Shown piece after piece: positions 1-7,746 of a stretch of 32,000 nt of DNA; position 1 is the stretch's first letter; each line of letters opens with the position of its first letter. The translations under genes and the position numbers were made by a program. Source of the DNA: Bellilinea caldifistulae (GTDB lineage Bacteria; Chloroflexota; Anaerolineae; Anaerolineales; Anaerolineaceae). Under the pieces are notes generated by a model that was not told the origin of the DNA, ran no database searches, and saw only the letters and a program-made list of their open reading frames with translations. Where the stretch lies: assembly GCF_001306055.1 (NCBI RefSeq), contig NZ_LGHJ01000005.1:1-32000 (forward strand). The letters are read 5' to 3'.

Positions 1-63
1 AGCAGATAAGGTTGACCCATCACATAAGGTTTGAAGACAGGAGCGGCAGGTTTTCTTTTCATG
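1..63 (-). CDS. possible 5' end of an IS1182-like transposase gene (partial, runs off the window start)
   Basis: The reverse strand from ATG at 63 reads MKRKPAAPVFKPYVMGQPYL and stays open to the window edge. The FKPY-x3-Q-x2-L start resembles the conserved N-terminus of IS1182-family transposases. Only 21 codons are visible. It lies just downstream of the tRNA terminator. Confidence 0.25.
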
Positions 64-87
64 CCCCCATTGAATCACGTTTCTCCT

Positions 88-125
88 AAAAAGAAAAGGG
101 CTGTCCCTTACTTTTTGGACAGCCC
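88..125 (-). terminator. rho-independent terminator of tRNA-Leu
   Basis: 9-bp GC-rich stem (98-106 gggctgtcc pairs with 117-125 ggacagccc) and a 10-nt loop. On the minus strand it is followed by TTTTCTTTTT (88-97), 4 nt after the tRNA 3' end. Confidence 0.7.
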
Positions 126-129
126 CTTG

Positions 130-211
130 TGCGCTGGGTGGGAGTTGAACCCACACGCCTTTCGGCACATGGCCCTCAACCATGCCTGTCTGCCAATTCC
201 AGCACCAGCGC
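130..211 (-). tRNA. tRNA-Leu, anticodon GAG (class II, long variable arm), CCA not encoded
   Basis: The reverse complement folds by hand. Acceptor GCGCTGG/CCAGCGC. D arm CTG-GAATTGGCAGA-CAG. Anticodon stem CATGG/CCATG with loop TTGAGGG (U33, GAG, G37). Variable arm GCC-GAAA-GGC. T arm GTGGG-TTCAACT-CCCAC. Discriminator A. Confidence 0.9.
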
Positions 212-224
212 AATCGGCTTCGAT

Positions 225-252
225 ATTATAATCTGCTCTGGTAGTATGTCAA
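225..252 (-). promoter_or_regulatory. consensus sigma70-type promoter for tRNA-Leu
   Basis: The minus strand reads TTGACA (252-247), a 16-nt spacer, then TATAAT (230-225). The -10 element ends 13 nt upstream of the mature tRNA 5' end. Confidence 0.6.
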
Positions 253-291
253 GAAATCTGCTTGCCGAGACCCACCCAATCGGAGGATGCC

Positions 292-1326
292 ATGACAATC
301 ATTTTGGACGCAATGGGTTCTGATCAATATCCAGACCCCGAAATTCAGGCAGCCGTAATCGCGGCAAAAGAATTTTCAGAAGAGATCATACTTGTTGGTG
401 ATGAGAATTTAGTAAAGCCCAAATTGAAGGCGCTCGATTCCCAAAACCTTCCCATCCATATTGAACATGCACCTGATCTGGTTGAGATGGGAGAGAAACC
501 GGTTGAAGCCGCCAAGCGTAAACCGCGTAACTCAATGGCTGTTGGGCTTAACCTTGTCAAAGAAGGTCGTGGAGATGCCTTTGTTACTGCCGGAAACACT
601 GGAGCCGCGATGTTCAACGCCTTACGCATATTAGGACGAATTAAAGGTGTTGCCCGGCCCGCTTTAACTGCTCTCTTCCCTGTGAGGGGCGGGCATTGCG
701 TTGTTCTCGACATCGGCGCCAATGCAGATTGTCGGCCTGAATTTCTTCTTCAATTTGCTGTTTTAGGCAGCATTTATGCCGAAAAAGTCCTTAACAGGAA
801 AAATCCGCGGGTCGGATTGTTGTCGAATGGAGAAGAAGCCGGCAAGGGTAACCAATTAATCAAGGACACATTTCCTATCCTGGAAAAATCTGGATTGAAC
901 TTCATTGGCAATGTTGAAGGCAAAGAACTCTTTGGTGGTGCAGCCGATGTGGTCGTAACCGATGGATTCACCGGAAACATTCTCCTTAAATCCAGCGAGG
1001 CGGTTGCCAAGTTGCTGACAGACACTTTGAAAGAAGAATTGACCGCCTCCACAATCACCAAGATAGGTGCATTGCTCGCCAGGCCTGCCTTTAATAAACT
1101 GAAAGCCATGATGGACCCTGCCGAAGTAGGGGCTGCACCGCTTCTGGGAATTGACGGTTTGGTTTTTGTGGGTCATGGTCGTTCCGACAACCGCGCCATG
1201 TATAATGCGATTCGCATTGCCCGTCAAGCCGTCAAAGCCGACTTATTACCGGCCTTGCGCTCAGCCATCGAAGAGCGGCTTGAAATGGTTGAAAATATTG
1301 CAAAAACCACTTTGAATCAGTCCTGA
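292..1326 (+). CDS. plsX: phosphate acyltransferase PlsX
   Basis: MTIILDAMGSD start, AGNTGA and VGHGRS motifs, and a length typical of PlsX. GGAGGA (282-287) lies 4 nt before ATG 292. The track ORF begins at an upstream TTG (262), which I consider less likely. Confidence 0.9.
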   Translation: MTIILDAMGSDQYPDPEIQAAVIAAKEFSEEIILVGDENLVKPKLKALDSQNLPIHIEHAPDLVEMGEKPVEAAKRKPRNSMAVGLNLVKEGRGDAFVTAGNTGAAMFNALRILGRIKGVARPALTALFPVRGGHCVVLDIGANADCRPEFLLQFAVLGSIYAEKVLNRKNPRVGLLSNGEEAGKGNQLIKDTFPILEKSGLNFIGNVEGKELFGGAADVVVTDGFTGNILLKSSEAVAKLLTDTLKEELTASTITKIGALLARPAFNKLKAMMDPAEVGAAPLLGIDGLVFVGHGRSDNRAMYNAIRIARQAVKADLLPALRSAIEERLEMVENIAKTTLNQS

Positions 1327-1342
1327 ATTGAGGTTTCATCCC

Positions 1343-2044
1343 ATGAAGATTGTTTCCAACACCAAACTGATCAAGCGCAATAAAAAAATTGGTCAAACAC
1401 TCACCATTGGCGCTCTCATCGTGCTTGCCATTGGCTTGTATTACTCTTTCACCCAACCGGAACAAATCACCATCACATTTGGTGCTTTATTGTTCGGCTT
1501 TCTGATGACTCAGATAGGTATCTACTTCGGCAACCGATGGGGAAGGTCTCCACGACCTGATGAACTGCTCACATCAGGATTAAAGGGATTGGAGGATAAA
1601 TACACCCTTTATCATTATGTGACGGATGTTCCACATGCTCTTATCGGCCCTGCCGGCATCATTGCACTGGTTCCAATTTCAGTTGGCGGAACAATTATTT
1701 ACGATGAGAACAAAAATCGCTTTCGTCAAAAAGGCGGTAATCTGTACTTGAAAATTTTTGGGCAGGAAGGATTGGGAAGACCGGAACTGGATGCACAGTA
1801 CACCACCAATGATCTAGAAAAATTCCTGAAGAAAAAATTCCCTGATCTGGAAACACCCGAGGTTCAAGCCATTTTGGTTTTTACCAATCCAAAAGCCCGC
1901 CTGGAAACTAACGGCTCTCCCATTCCGGCCTTGTCGTTAGAAAAATTAAAAGACTTCATTCGCAAACGGGGAAAAGAAAAACCGGTTGCTCTATCTCTTA
2001 TTCAAGAAATTCAAAAAGGTTTACCGGAGGAAGACCTTGTCTGA
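1343..2044 (+). CDS. membrane protein with two N-terminal TM helices and a NERD-like C-terminal domain
   Basis: Two hydrophobic helices (LTIGALIVLAIGLYY, FGALLFGFLMTQIGIYF) are followed by YTLYHYVTDVPHALIGPAGIIALVPISVGGTI and ILVFTNP, which resemble the NERD core. GAGG lies 9 nt before ATG 1343; the alternative start is TTG 1328. Confidence 0.45.
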   Translation: MKIVSNTKLIKRNKKIGQTLTIGALIVLAIGLYYSFTQPEQITITFGALLFGFLMTQIGIYFGNRWGRSPRPDELLTSGLKGLEDKYTLYHYVTDVPHALIGPAGIIALVPISVGGTIIYDENKNRFRQKGGNLYLKIFGQEGLGRPELDAQYTTNDLEKFLKKKFPDLETPEVQAILVFTNPKARLETNGSPIPALSLEKLKDFIRKRGKEKPVALSLIQEIQKGLPEEDLV

Positions 2045-2832
2045 CTCTTTTTTTCCCTGTTGATTGGCGAAGATTTTGGAGACCCCTCTCTGCTAGAGGG
2101 GTTACTTTTTTGCTTAACCACCTCGCTGAGTGCTTTCACCTCTGCAGGGTTCAGGTATCTCCATTCACCCGGTTTCAGGCTGCCTAATTTCAAATTTCCA
2201 ATCCGCAGTCTGATGATTCGATTCACTGGCAGCCCGATTGTTTTTCCAATCTCGCGTATCTGTCTTTTCTTACCTTCGCGCATAACCACTCGAAGCCATA
2301 CCCCCTTCCCGGCGCTTCCTTCCACGACAACTTGAGCGGGCGCTGTGCGAGTCCCGTCGGGAAGCACCACACCCCGCCTCCAAATTGCCAGTTGTTCTTC
2401 ATCTGGTTTGGTAAACAACAAGACCCGGTACTCTTTTTCGTGTCCGTAACGCGGATGGGTAAGCCGATTGGCTAATTCTCCATCGTTGGTAAGAAGTATT
2501 AAACCCTCGCTATCATAATCCAATCTCCCAACGACGAATAAATGCTCCGGCAAAGGAACAAGGTCAAATACTGTTTTACGCTCAGTTCCCTTCACATCAT
2601 CCGAAAGTACGCCGCGGGGTTTGTGCAAAGCAATATAAATTTTCTTCCCGCTCGGTTTAGGAATGGGTTGACCATCTACCGTGATCTCATCCTTTTCCAC
2701 ATCTGCTTTTGCACCGAGTGAAATCAATTCCCCATTGACTCGAACCCTGCCATCCGCAATTAACAGCTCACAGGCTCGTCTTGATCCAAAACCTGCCCTT
2801 GAAAGAATTTTTTGTACCCGTTCCTCTCCCAT
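2011..2832 (-). CDS. rluB: 23S rRNA pseudouridine synthase, RluB/RsuA family, with a basic Ser-rich C-terminal tail
   Basis: N-terminal S4 domain (RVQKILSRAGFGSRRACELLIADGRVRVNG). Catalytic motif VGRLDYDSEGLILLTNDG. Lies 3 nt downstream of scpB, a classic gene order. Confidence 0.85.
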   Translation of the reverse strand: MGEERVQKILSRAGFGSRRACELLIADGRVRVNGELISLGAKADVEKDEITVDGQPIPKPSGKKIYIALHKPRGVLSDDVKGTERKTVFDLVPLPEHLFVVGRLDYDSEGLILLTNDGELANRLTHPRYGHEKEYRVLLFTKPDEEQLAIWRRGVVLPDGTRTAPAQVVVEGSAGKGVWLRVVMREGKKRQIREIGKTIGLPVNRIIRLRIGNLKLGSLKPGEWRYLNPAEVKALSEVVKQKSNPSSREGSPKSSPINREKKSQTRSSSGKPF

Positions 2833-2835
2833 TGA

Positions 2836-3411
2836 TCAATCCTTTAATAACTTCTGTTCTTCTGGGCTGACCCCTTCTTGTTCAAGCAACTCGAAGGGCG
2901 GTAAATCATCCAGCGAATTTAAACCAAAGTGCTGCAAGAAATCCATGGTTGTTCCATACAAAATAGGACGACCGGGGCCTTCCGCCCTGCCGACCTCTTG
3001 AACCAACCCTTTTGACAGCAGACTTTTTAAGACCCCATCGCTGTTCACCCCTCGAACCGCATCAATACCCGGCCGGGTGATCGGCTGGCGGTAGGCAATA
3101 ATTGCTAGTGTTTCTAAAGCCGCCCGGCTAAGACGACTGGTTGCCTCAAGACCCAAAAATCGCTCAATCAACAAAGCCAATTCAGCTGGAGTGGTCAATT
3201 GATACTTGCCTTGAAAATACTGAATTCTCAGTCCTCGACCCTGTTGAAAGATCAGGGACAATCTTCTTAAACCTTGTTCAACTTCATCTGTGTGGACTCC
3301 TAGCGCCTCCGCCAGTTGATGCGCACTTACTGGCGAAGGAGCAACAAACAATAAGGATTCCAATTTGGACTCCAAGGAAAACTGATCCTCAGGTAGGTTC
3401 GCTTCACTCAT
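2836..3411 (-). CDS. scpB: segregation and condensation protein B (ScpB)
   Basis: Tandem winged-helix signature: IAYRQPITRPGIDAVRGVNSDGVLKSLLSKGLV and GRPILYGTTMDFLQHFGL. Confidence 0.88.
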   Translation of the reverse strand: MSEANLPEDQFSLESKLESLLFVAPSPVSAHQLAEALGVHTDEVEQGLRRLSLIFQQGRGLRIQYFQGKYQLTTPAELALLIERFLGLEATSRLSRAALETLAIIAYRQPITRPGIDAVRGVNSDGVLKSLLSKGLVQEVGRAEGPGRPILYGTTMDFLQHFGLNSLDDLPPFELLEQEGVSPEEQKLLKD

Positions 3412-3451
3412 GCTATAATATGCCTGTTCAATTAATCTTGGCTGATTATAC

Positions 3452-5098
3452 TTGAATCAGATAAAAACGAATAAGATTGCTGGTCTTGTGATCAATACTG
3501 AACATAAAAAAGGGCTGTATTCTTCGAGTTTCCACTTGTTTAAAGTGGCTATTCTCCTTTTCTTATTGTCGGGGTGTAATTCTCCTCAAGCGAATTCGAC
3601 TTCAGCTCTTCCTGTTACAGTGGTGGATTCCAACGGTCAAATCGAGGTATTTGCCCCTTTTGGATCGTCAGTTCTGGATGTTCTCCAAATGGGCAACATT
3701 GAACTGGGTTCCTTGGATCGCACCGAACCCCCTTCCTTTACCATCATCACCGAACCAACCACGATAAAAATTACCCGGGTTGAAGAAGAATTTGAACAAG
3801 AAGAAATTGTTATTCCATTTGAAAGACAAACCGTAAAAAACGAAAACCTCACCGAAGGCGAATCCTTACTGGTTCAACCCGGAGAAAATGGCATTCAACA
3901 AATCACCTATCGTCGTTTAATTGAAAACGGCGTTGAAACTTCACGATCGATTTTCAAAATCGAAGTCATAAAAGAAGCCAAACCCGAAATCTTGATGATT
4001 GGAATTCAATCTCCCTTTGTTCCACTGGAAATTCCAGGCAAACTCGCCTATCTAACCGCTGGCAATGCCTGGCTTATAGAACGAGACACCCGTCAGCGCA
4101 AGCCGATTGTTACGACTGGCGATTTAGATGGACGGATTTTTAGCCTTTCACCCAACGGGGAATGGCTACTTTTTACACGCAAATCCAACGCAGAGGGTGA
4201 AATCAACACCCTATGGGTGGTCAGCCTGGATCAGGAAAACGCGCAACCCATTAATCTCAACGTAAAAAATATCATTCACTTCGCCGAATGGCTACCTAAT
4301 CGTACGGCAACAATCCTGTATTCCACCGTCGAACCTCGCCCAACAGCTCCCGGTTGGCAAGCCAATAATGATTTGAGGCGGCTTGTATTTAATTCGAACG
4401 GAAGAGTCGTTCGTGATGAAAGCATCATCGAAACCAATGCGGGAGGAATTTACGGCTGGTGGGGAACCTCCTACCACATATCACCCTCGACCAATTCCAT
4501 CGCTTTTTCCCGCCCAGACGCGGTTGGTCTCGTCAACGAGGATGATGGAACCTTGAATCCTCTCATGAATCTGTTACCCTTCCAAACACGATCCGATTGG
4601 GCATGGGTTCCGGGTATTGAGTGGAGTTTGGACGGTAAAGTACTGTATGTGGTGAATCACGCCCCGATGGCGGGTGTTAGTGACCCGGAGTCATCCCCGC
4701 TTTTTGATTTGAATGCTTTTATCTTACCTTCAGGTCCGCTGGTAAAATTAATTTCACAAACCGGCATGTTTGCATATCCAAGCATTTCCAAGGGGAAAAC
4801 GGAAACTCAGGCATGGCTTGCTTACCTTGAGGCTATCTTTCCAGAACAGAGTGAAAATAGCCGTTACCGTCTGGTCGTAATGCAACCAGATGGCTCCAAT
4901 CGTAAAGTAATTTTTCCGACAGAAGGGGGTACTGGACTTGACCCGCAGAAAGTTGTCTGGTCACCCGCGCAAAACGATACTACTCACAATTACCTTGGTT
5001 TTATTTACCAGGGAAATGTCTGGCTCATTTCAACCCAAGATTGGCAGCCCAGGCAGGTGACTGGCGACAGCCTGATTACACGAATTGACTGGAAATAA
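3452..5098 (+). CDS. lipoprotein with DUF348-like and G5 domains plus a TolB/PD40-like beta-propeller
   Basis: Lipobox LLSGC after a hydrophobic h-region. DUF348-like VTVVDSNGQIEVFA...IKITRV. G5-like VQPGENGIQQITYRRLIENGVETSRSIFKIEVIKEAKPEILMIGI. PD40-like repeats (SLSPNGEWLLFTRKS, IAFSRPD). The start is uncertain: TTG 3452 or in-frame GTG 3488. Confidence 0.6.
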   Translation: MNQIKTNKIAGLVINTEHKKGLYSSSFHLFKVAILLFLLSGCNSPQANSTSALPVTVVDSNGQIEVFAPFGSSVLDVLQMGNIELGSLDRTEPPSFTIITEPTTIKITRVEEEFEQEEIVIPFERQTVKNENLTEGESLLVQPGENGIQQITYRRLIENGVETSRSIFKIEVIKEAKPEILMIGIQSPFVPLEIPGKLAYLTAGNAWLIERDTRQRKPIVTTGDLDGRIFSLSPNGEWLLFTRKSNAEGEINTLWVVSLDQENAQPINLNVKNIIHFAEWLPNRTATILYSTVEPRPTAPGWQANNDLRRLVFNSNGRVVRDESIIETNAGGIYGWWGTSYHISPSTNSIAFSRPDAVGLVNEDDGTLNPLMNLLPFQTRSDWAWVPGIEWSLDGKVLYVVNHAPMAGVSDPESSPLFDLNAFILPSGPLVKLISQTGMFAYPSISKGKTETQAWLAYLEAIFPEQSENSRYRLVVMQPDGSNRKVIFPTEGGTGLDPQKVVWSPAQNDTTHNYLGFIYQGNVWLISTQDWQPRQVTGDSLITRIDWK

Positions 5099-5124
5099 TC
5101 TTATTTCGAAAGGTTTAAATCCCA

Positions 5125-6084
5125 ATGAGAATTTTAGTAACCGGTGCCGCAGGATTTTTAGGTTCACACCTTTGCGAACGCTTGTTGAATGAAGGCCATT
5201 CAGTCGTTGGTATGGATAATTTCATCACGGGCAGCCCGGAGAATCTTGCTCATCTTACCAACAATCCAAGATTCGAGTTCATCCGCCACGATGTAGCTAA
5301 TTTTATTTTTGTGCCTGGTAAAATTGACGCTGTTTTGCATTTTGCGTCCCCCGCCAGCCCTAATCCATCTTCTCCCTATGGATACACCAATTTACCCATT
5401 CAAACCATGAAAGCCGGTGCATTGGGTACTCATAACACCCTTGGGGTCGCTCGCGCTCATAATGCCCGCTATCTGCTGGCGTCAACTAGCGAAATTTACG
5501 GTGATCCGTTGGAACACCCCCAAAAAGAGACTTACTGGGGTCATGTTGACCCAATTGGTATCCGATCCGTTTATGATGAAGCCAAGCGCTTCGCTGAAGC
5601 GCTGACGATGGCCTATCACCGCTACCACGGAATCGATACACGCATCGTTCGCATCTTCAATACCTATGGGCCAAGAATGCGATTAGACGATGGTCGGGTA
5701 GTCCCAAACTTTATTCAGCAGGCTTTGCGCGGAGAACCGCTCACCGTTTATGGAGATGGATTACAAACCCGCAGTTTTTGTTATGTAGATGATCTGATTG
5801 AGGGAATTTATCGGTTATTACTGTCCGACGAACATTTTCCAGTCAACATCGGTAATCCTGCAGAAATCACCATTTTGGAGTTTGCAGAAACCATTAACCG
5901 ATTGGTCGGCAATAAAGCCGGTATTATCATGAAAGAATTATCACGGTTAGGCGATGATCCTCAACGACGCCGACCGGACATTACCCGAGCAAAGGAAATT
6001 TTGAAATGGCAGCCAACGATCTCCTTAGAAGAAGGCATCAAAAAGACCATACCCTACTTCAAAATGAAATTGGGATTGGAATGA
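5125..6084 (+). CDS. UDP-glucuronate decarboxylase (UDP-xylose synthase-type SDR)
   Basis: [10 protein letters not shown] Rossmann motif. [39 protein letters not shown] contains the YxxxK catalytic motif and the UXS-type signature. Confidence 0.8.
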   Translation: MRILVTGAAGFLGSHLCERLLNEGHSVVGMDNFITGSPENLAHLTNNPRFEFIRHDVANFIFVPGKIDAVLHFASPASPNPSSPYGYTNLPIQTMKAGALGTHNTLGVARAHNARYLLASTSEIYGDPLEHPQKETYWGHVDPIGIRSVYDEAKRFAEALTMAYHRYHGIDTRIVRIFNTYGPRMRLDDGRVVPNFIQQALRGEPLTVYGDGLQTRSFCYVDDLIEGIYRLLLSDEHFPVNIGNPAEITILEFAETINRLVGNKAGIIMKELSRLGDDPQRRRPDITRAKEILKWQPTISLEEGIKKTIPYFKMKLGLE

Positions 6085-6545
6085 TTTTGACAAACTCCCG
6101 CGAACGAACCCGTTTTATCCGCTTTGCGATTGTTGGAGCAATTGGAGCAGCCATTGACTTCGGCGTGTTCAACCTTCTTACCCATTTCGTTCCTTATTTT
6201 CGGGAAAACGCAGTTTTTGCTCAGGCAATCTCCTTTACACTTGCCGTCTTCAGCAATTTCACCTGGAACCGCCTGTGGACTTATCCCGATTCCCGCAGCA
6301 AATCCATTATGCGCCAGTGGGTTCAATTTGCGGTTGTGAGTGTCATTGGATTGGCTATTCGTACTCCGATCTTCCTATGGTTGGAGGGTTTATTGATACG
6401 CACCTTCTCCAGTTGGTTTCCCAAAGGTGCTGCGACTCCAATTGTCATTGCCCACAATGCTGCTTTGGCAATTGTCATCGGAACAGTCATGATCTGGAAC
6501 TTCATCGCCAACCGATACTGGACTTACAACGATGTCACTTCTTGA
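6081..6545 (+). CDS. GtrA-family membrane protein (lipid-linked sugar handling)
   Basis: [23 protein letters not shown], four TM helices, C-terminal [13 protein letters not shown] 6081 overlaps the UXS stop (ATGA). The track ORF's 5' extension to 6006 lies inside the UXS gene. Confidence 0.8.
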   Translation: MILTNSRERTRFIRFAIVGAIGAAIDFGVFNLLTHFVPYFRENAVFAQAISFTLAVFSNFTWNRLWTYPDSRSKSIMRQWVQFAVVSVIGLAIRTPIFLWLEGLLIRTFSSWFPKGAATPIVIAHNAALAIVIGTVMIWNFIANRYWTYNDVTS

Positions 6546-6551
6546 GTAAAG

Positions 6552-7745
6552 ATGATTGAAATACCGGCTGAAGATTCCCCCCTTCCACCGTCCAACATTC
6601 GCTCCCTTCGGGAATTAATTGACCTTGTCTCTGGCAGGAGCATAAAAGACCAGATTCCTCAGGAAGATGCTGGTTACGCTGAAGTTTTGCCCTTTCCGTT
6701 TCTGGCGTTGGTCGGTCAGAAAGAAATGAAGATCGCTCTATGCCTGAGCCTGATTAATCCCGAAATTGGCGGAGTTCTCCTGATTGGTCCACGCGGAACC
6801 GGGAAAACCACTGCCGTACGTTCCCTGATTGACTTACTCCCGCCAGTGGAACGGAGTGCTTGTTTTTACGGCTGCCTGCCGGAGGATATTGAAGCGTTTG
6901 GTATGGATGGTGTTTGTCCCGATTGTGCTAAAAAGTTTGCCGAAGGAAAACCCCTCACTATTCAAGATCGGGTGAAATTGGTGGAACTTCCGCTCAACGC
7001 AAAACTGGAAGATGTAATTGGCGGCATTGATGAACGAGCAGTTGTTCATGACCGCTTGCGGTTAAAAAGGGGCGTACTCGCTCATGCAGATTTGAACATT
7101 CTGTATGTTGATGAAGTAAATCTGCTTGCTGACGAGATAATTGACGCCATCCTGGATGCTTCCGCAAGCGGAAGTTATACGGTCAGACGCGGCCCTATCA
7201 CCGCCACATACCGGGCAAGATTCACGTTAATTGGTTCCATGAACCCTGAAGAAGGTAATTTGCGTCCCCAAATCATGGATCGGTTCGGCCTGCGTGTCAT
7301 TGTCAAAGGGTTGGATGAGCCGCAGGAGAGACTTGAAGCCTACCACCGCACACACCTGTACCGTCAGAATCCACGTAAAATGATAGCCCTTTATCAGGCC
7401 GAATCAAACATGGCCGCAGAAGAAATTGCCCACGCGAAAAGCATTCTGCCCAGTGTAGTATTGCCAGAAGATGTCGCCAAACAAGGCATTCAACTTATTC
7501 AAAAGATGCAAATTGATTCCCTTCGTGCCGAAATCACATTATTTGAAGCATCTCGAGCCTTTGCAGCTGCTGATAATCGAACCATTGTGACAAGGGAAGA
7601 TCTACGTCAGGTTGCCCCGATGGCACTTCGTCTTCGCCGTTCTCGTTTTATGACTGAATATTTTTCAGGGAGAAAAGCAGAAGAACAAGAAATTCAAAAG
7701 AAGATTGACGAGGTATTAAGGATAAACGGCGTAAAGGAAGGTTAA
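6552..7745 (+). CDS. ChlI/BchI-type AAA+ ATPase (Mg-chelatase subunit I family)
   Basis: FPFLALVGQKEMKIAL, Walker A GPRGTGKT, Walker B ILYVDEVNLL, LIGSMNPEEGNLRPQIMDRFGL. Carries a Cys4 insert, CFYGC-x16-CPDC. Confidence 0.8.
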   Translation: MIEIPAEDSPLPPSNIRSLRELIDLVSGRSIKDQIPQEDAGYAEVLPFPFLALVGQKEMKIALCLSLINPEIGGVLLIGPRGTGKTTAVRSLIDLLPPVERSACFYGCLPEDIEAFGMDGVCPDCAKKFAEGKPLTIQDRVKLVELPLNAKLEDVIGGIDERAVVHDRLRLKRGVLAHADLNILYVDEVNLLADEIIDAILDASASGSYTVRRGPITATYRARFTLIGSMNPEEGNLRPQIMDRFGLRVIVKGLDEPQERLEAYHRTHLYRQNPRKMIALYQAESNMAAEEIAHAKSILPSVVLPEDVAKQGIQLIQKMQIDSLRAEITLFEASRAFAAADNRTIVTREDLRQVAPMALRLRRSRFMTEYFSGRKAEEQEIQKKIDEVLRINGVKEG

Positions 7746-7746
7746 A

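Noticed and set aside
31-323. Track ORFs 31..231 (+) and 129..323 (+)
   Set aside because: They run straight through the tRNA-Leu gene, its terminator and its promoter. Their sequences are low-complexity and protein-unlike, and they have no ribosome-binding site.
345-1227. Antisense ORFs inside plsX (345..722, 774..1109, 856..1227)
   Set aside because: These are shadow frames opposite a strongly supported conserved gene, with biased Ala/Ser/Pro-rich composition. The same reasoning applies to the many other antisense or out-of-frame track ORFs nested in the large CDS, for example 2060..2335, 2681..3001, 12131..12556, 14902..15210, 15802..16074, 19152..19566, 22820..23140, 24915..25148, 29796..30070 and 31023..31382.
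6006-6080. 5' extension of the GtrA ORF back to ATG 6006
   Set aside because: The extension lies entirely within the UXS coding region in another frame. ATG 6081 gives a typical GtrA N-terminus and an ATGA coupling overlap.
6552-7745. Idea that the ChlI-like ATPase marks a photosynthesis or bacteriochlorophyll cluster, or pairs with the vWA protein at 30165..31640 as a MoxR/ChlI-vWA system
   Set aside because: No BchD, BchH or other pigment-synthesis genes are in the window. The vWA gene is 23 kb away in a different, self-contained operon, so nothing in the sequence links the two.
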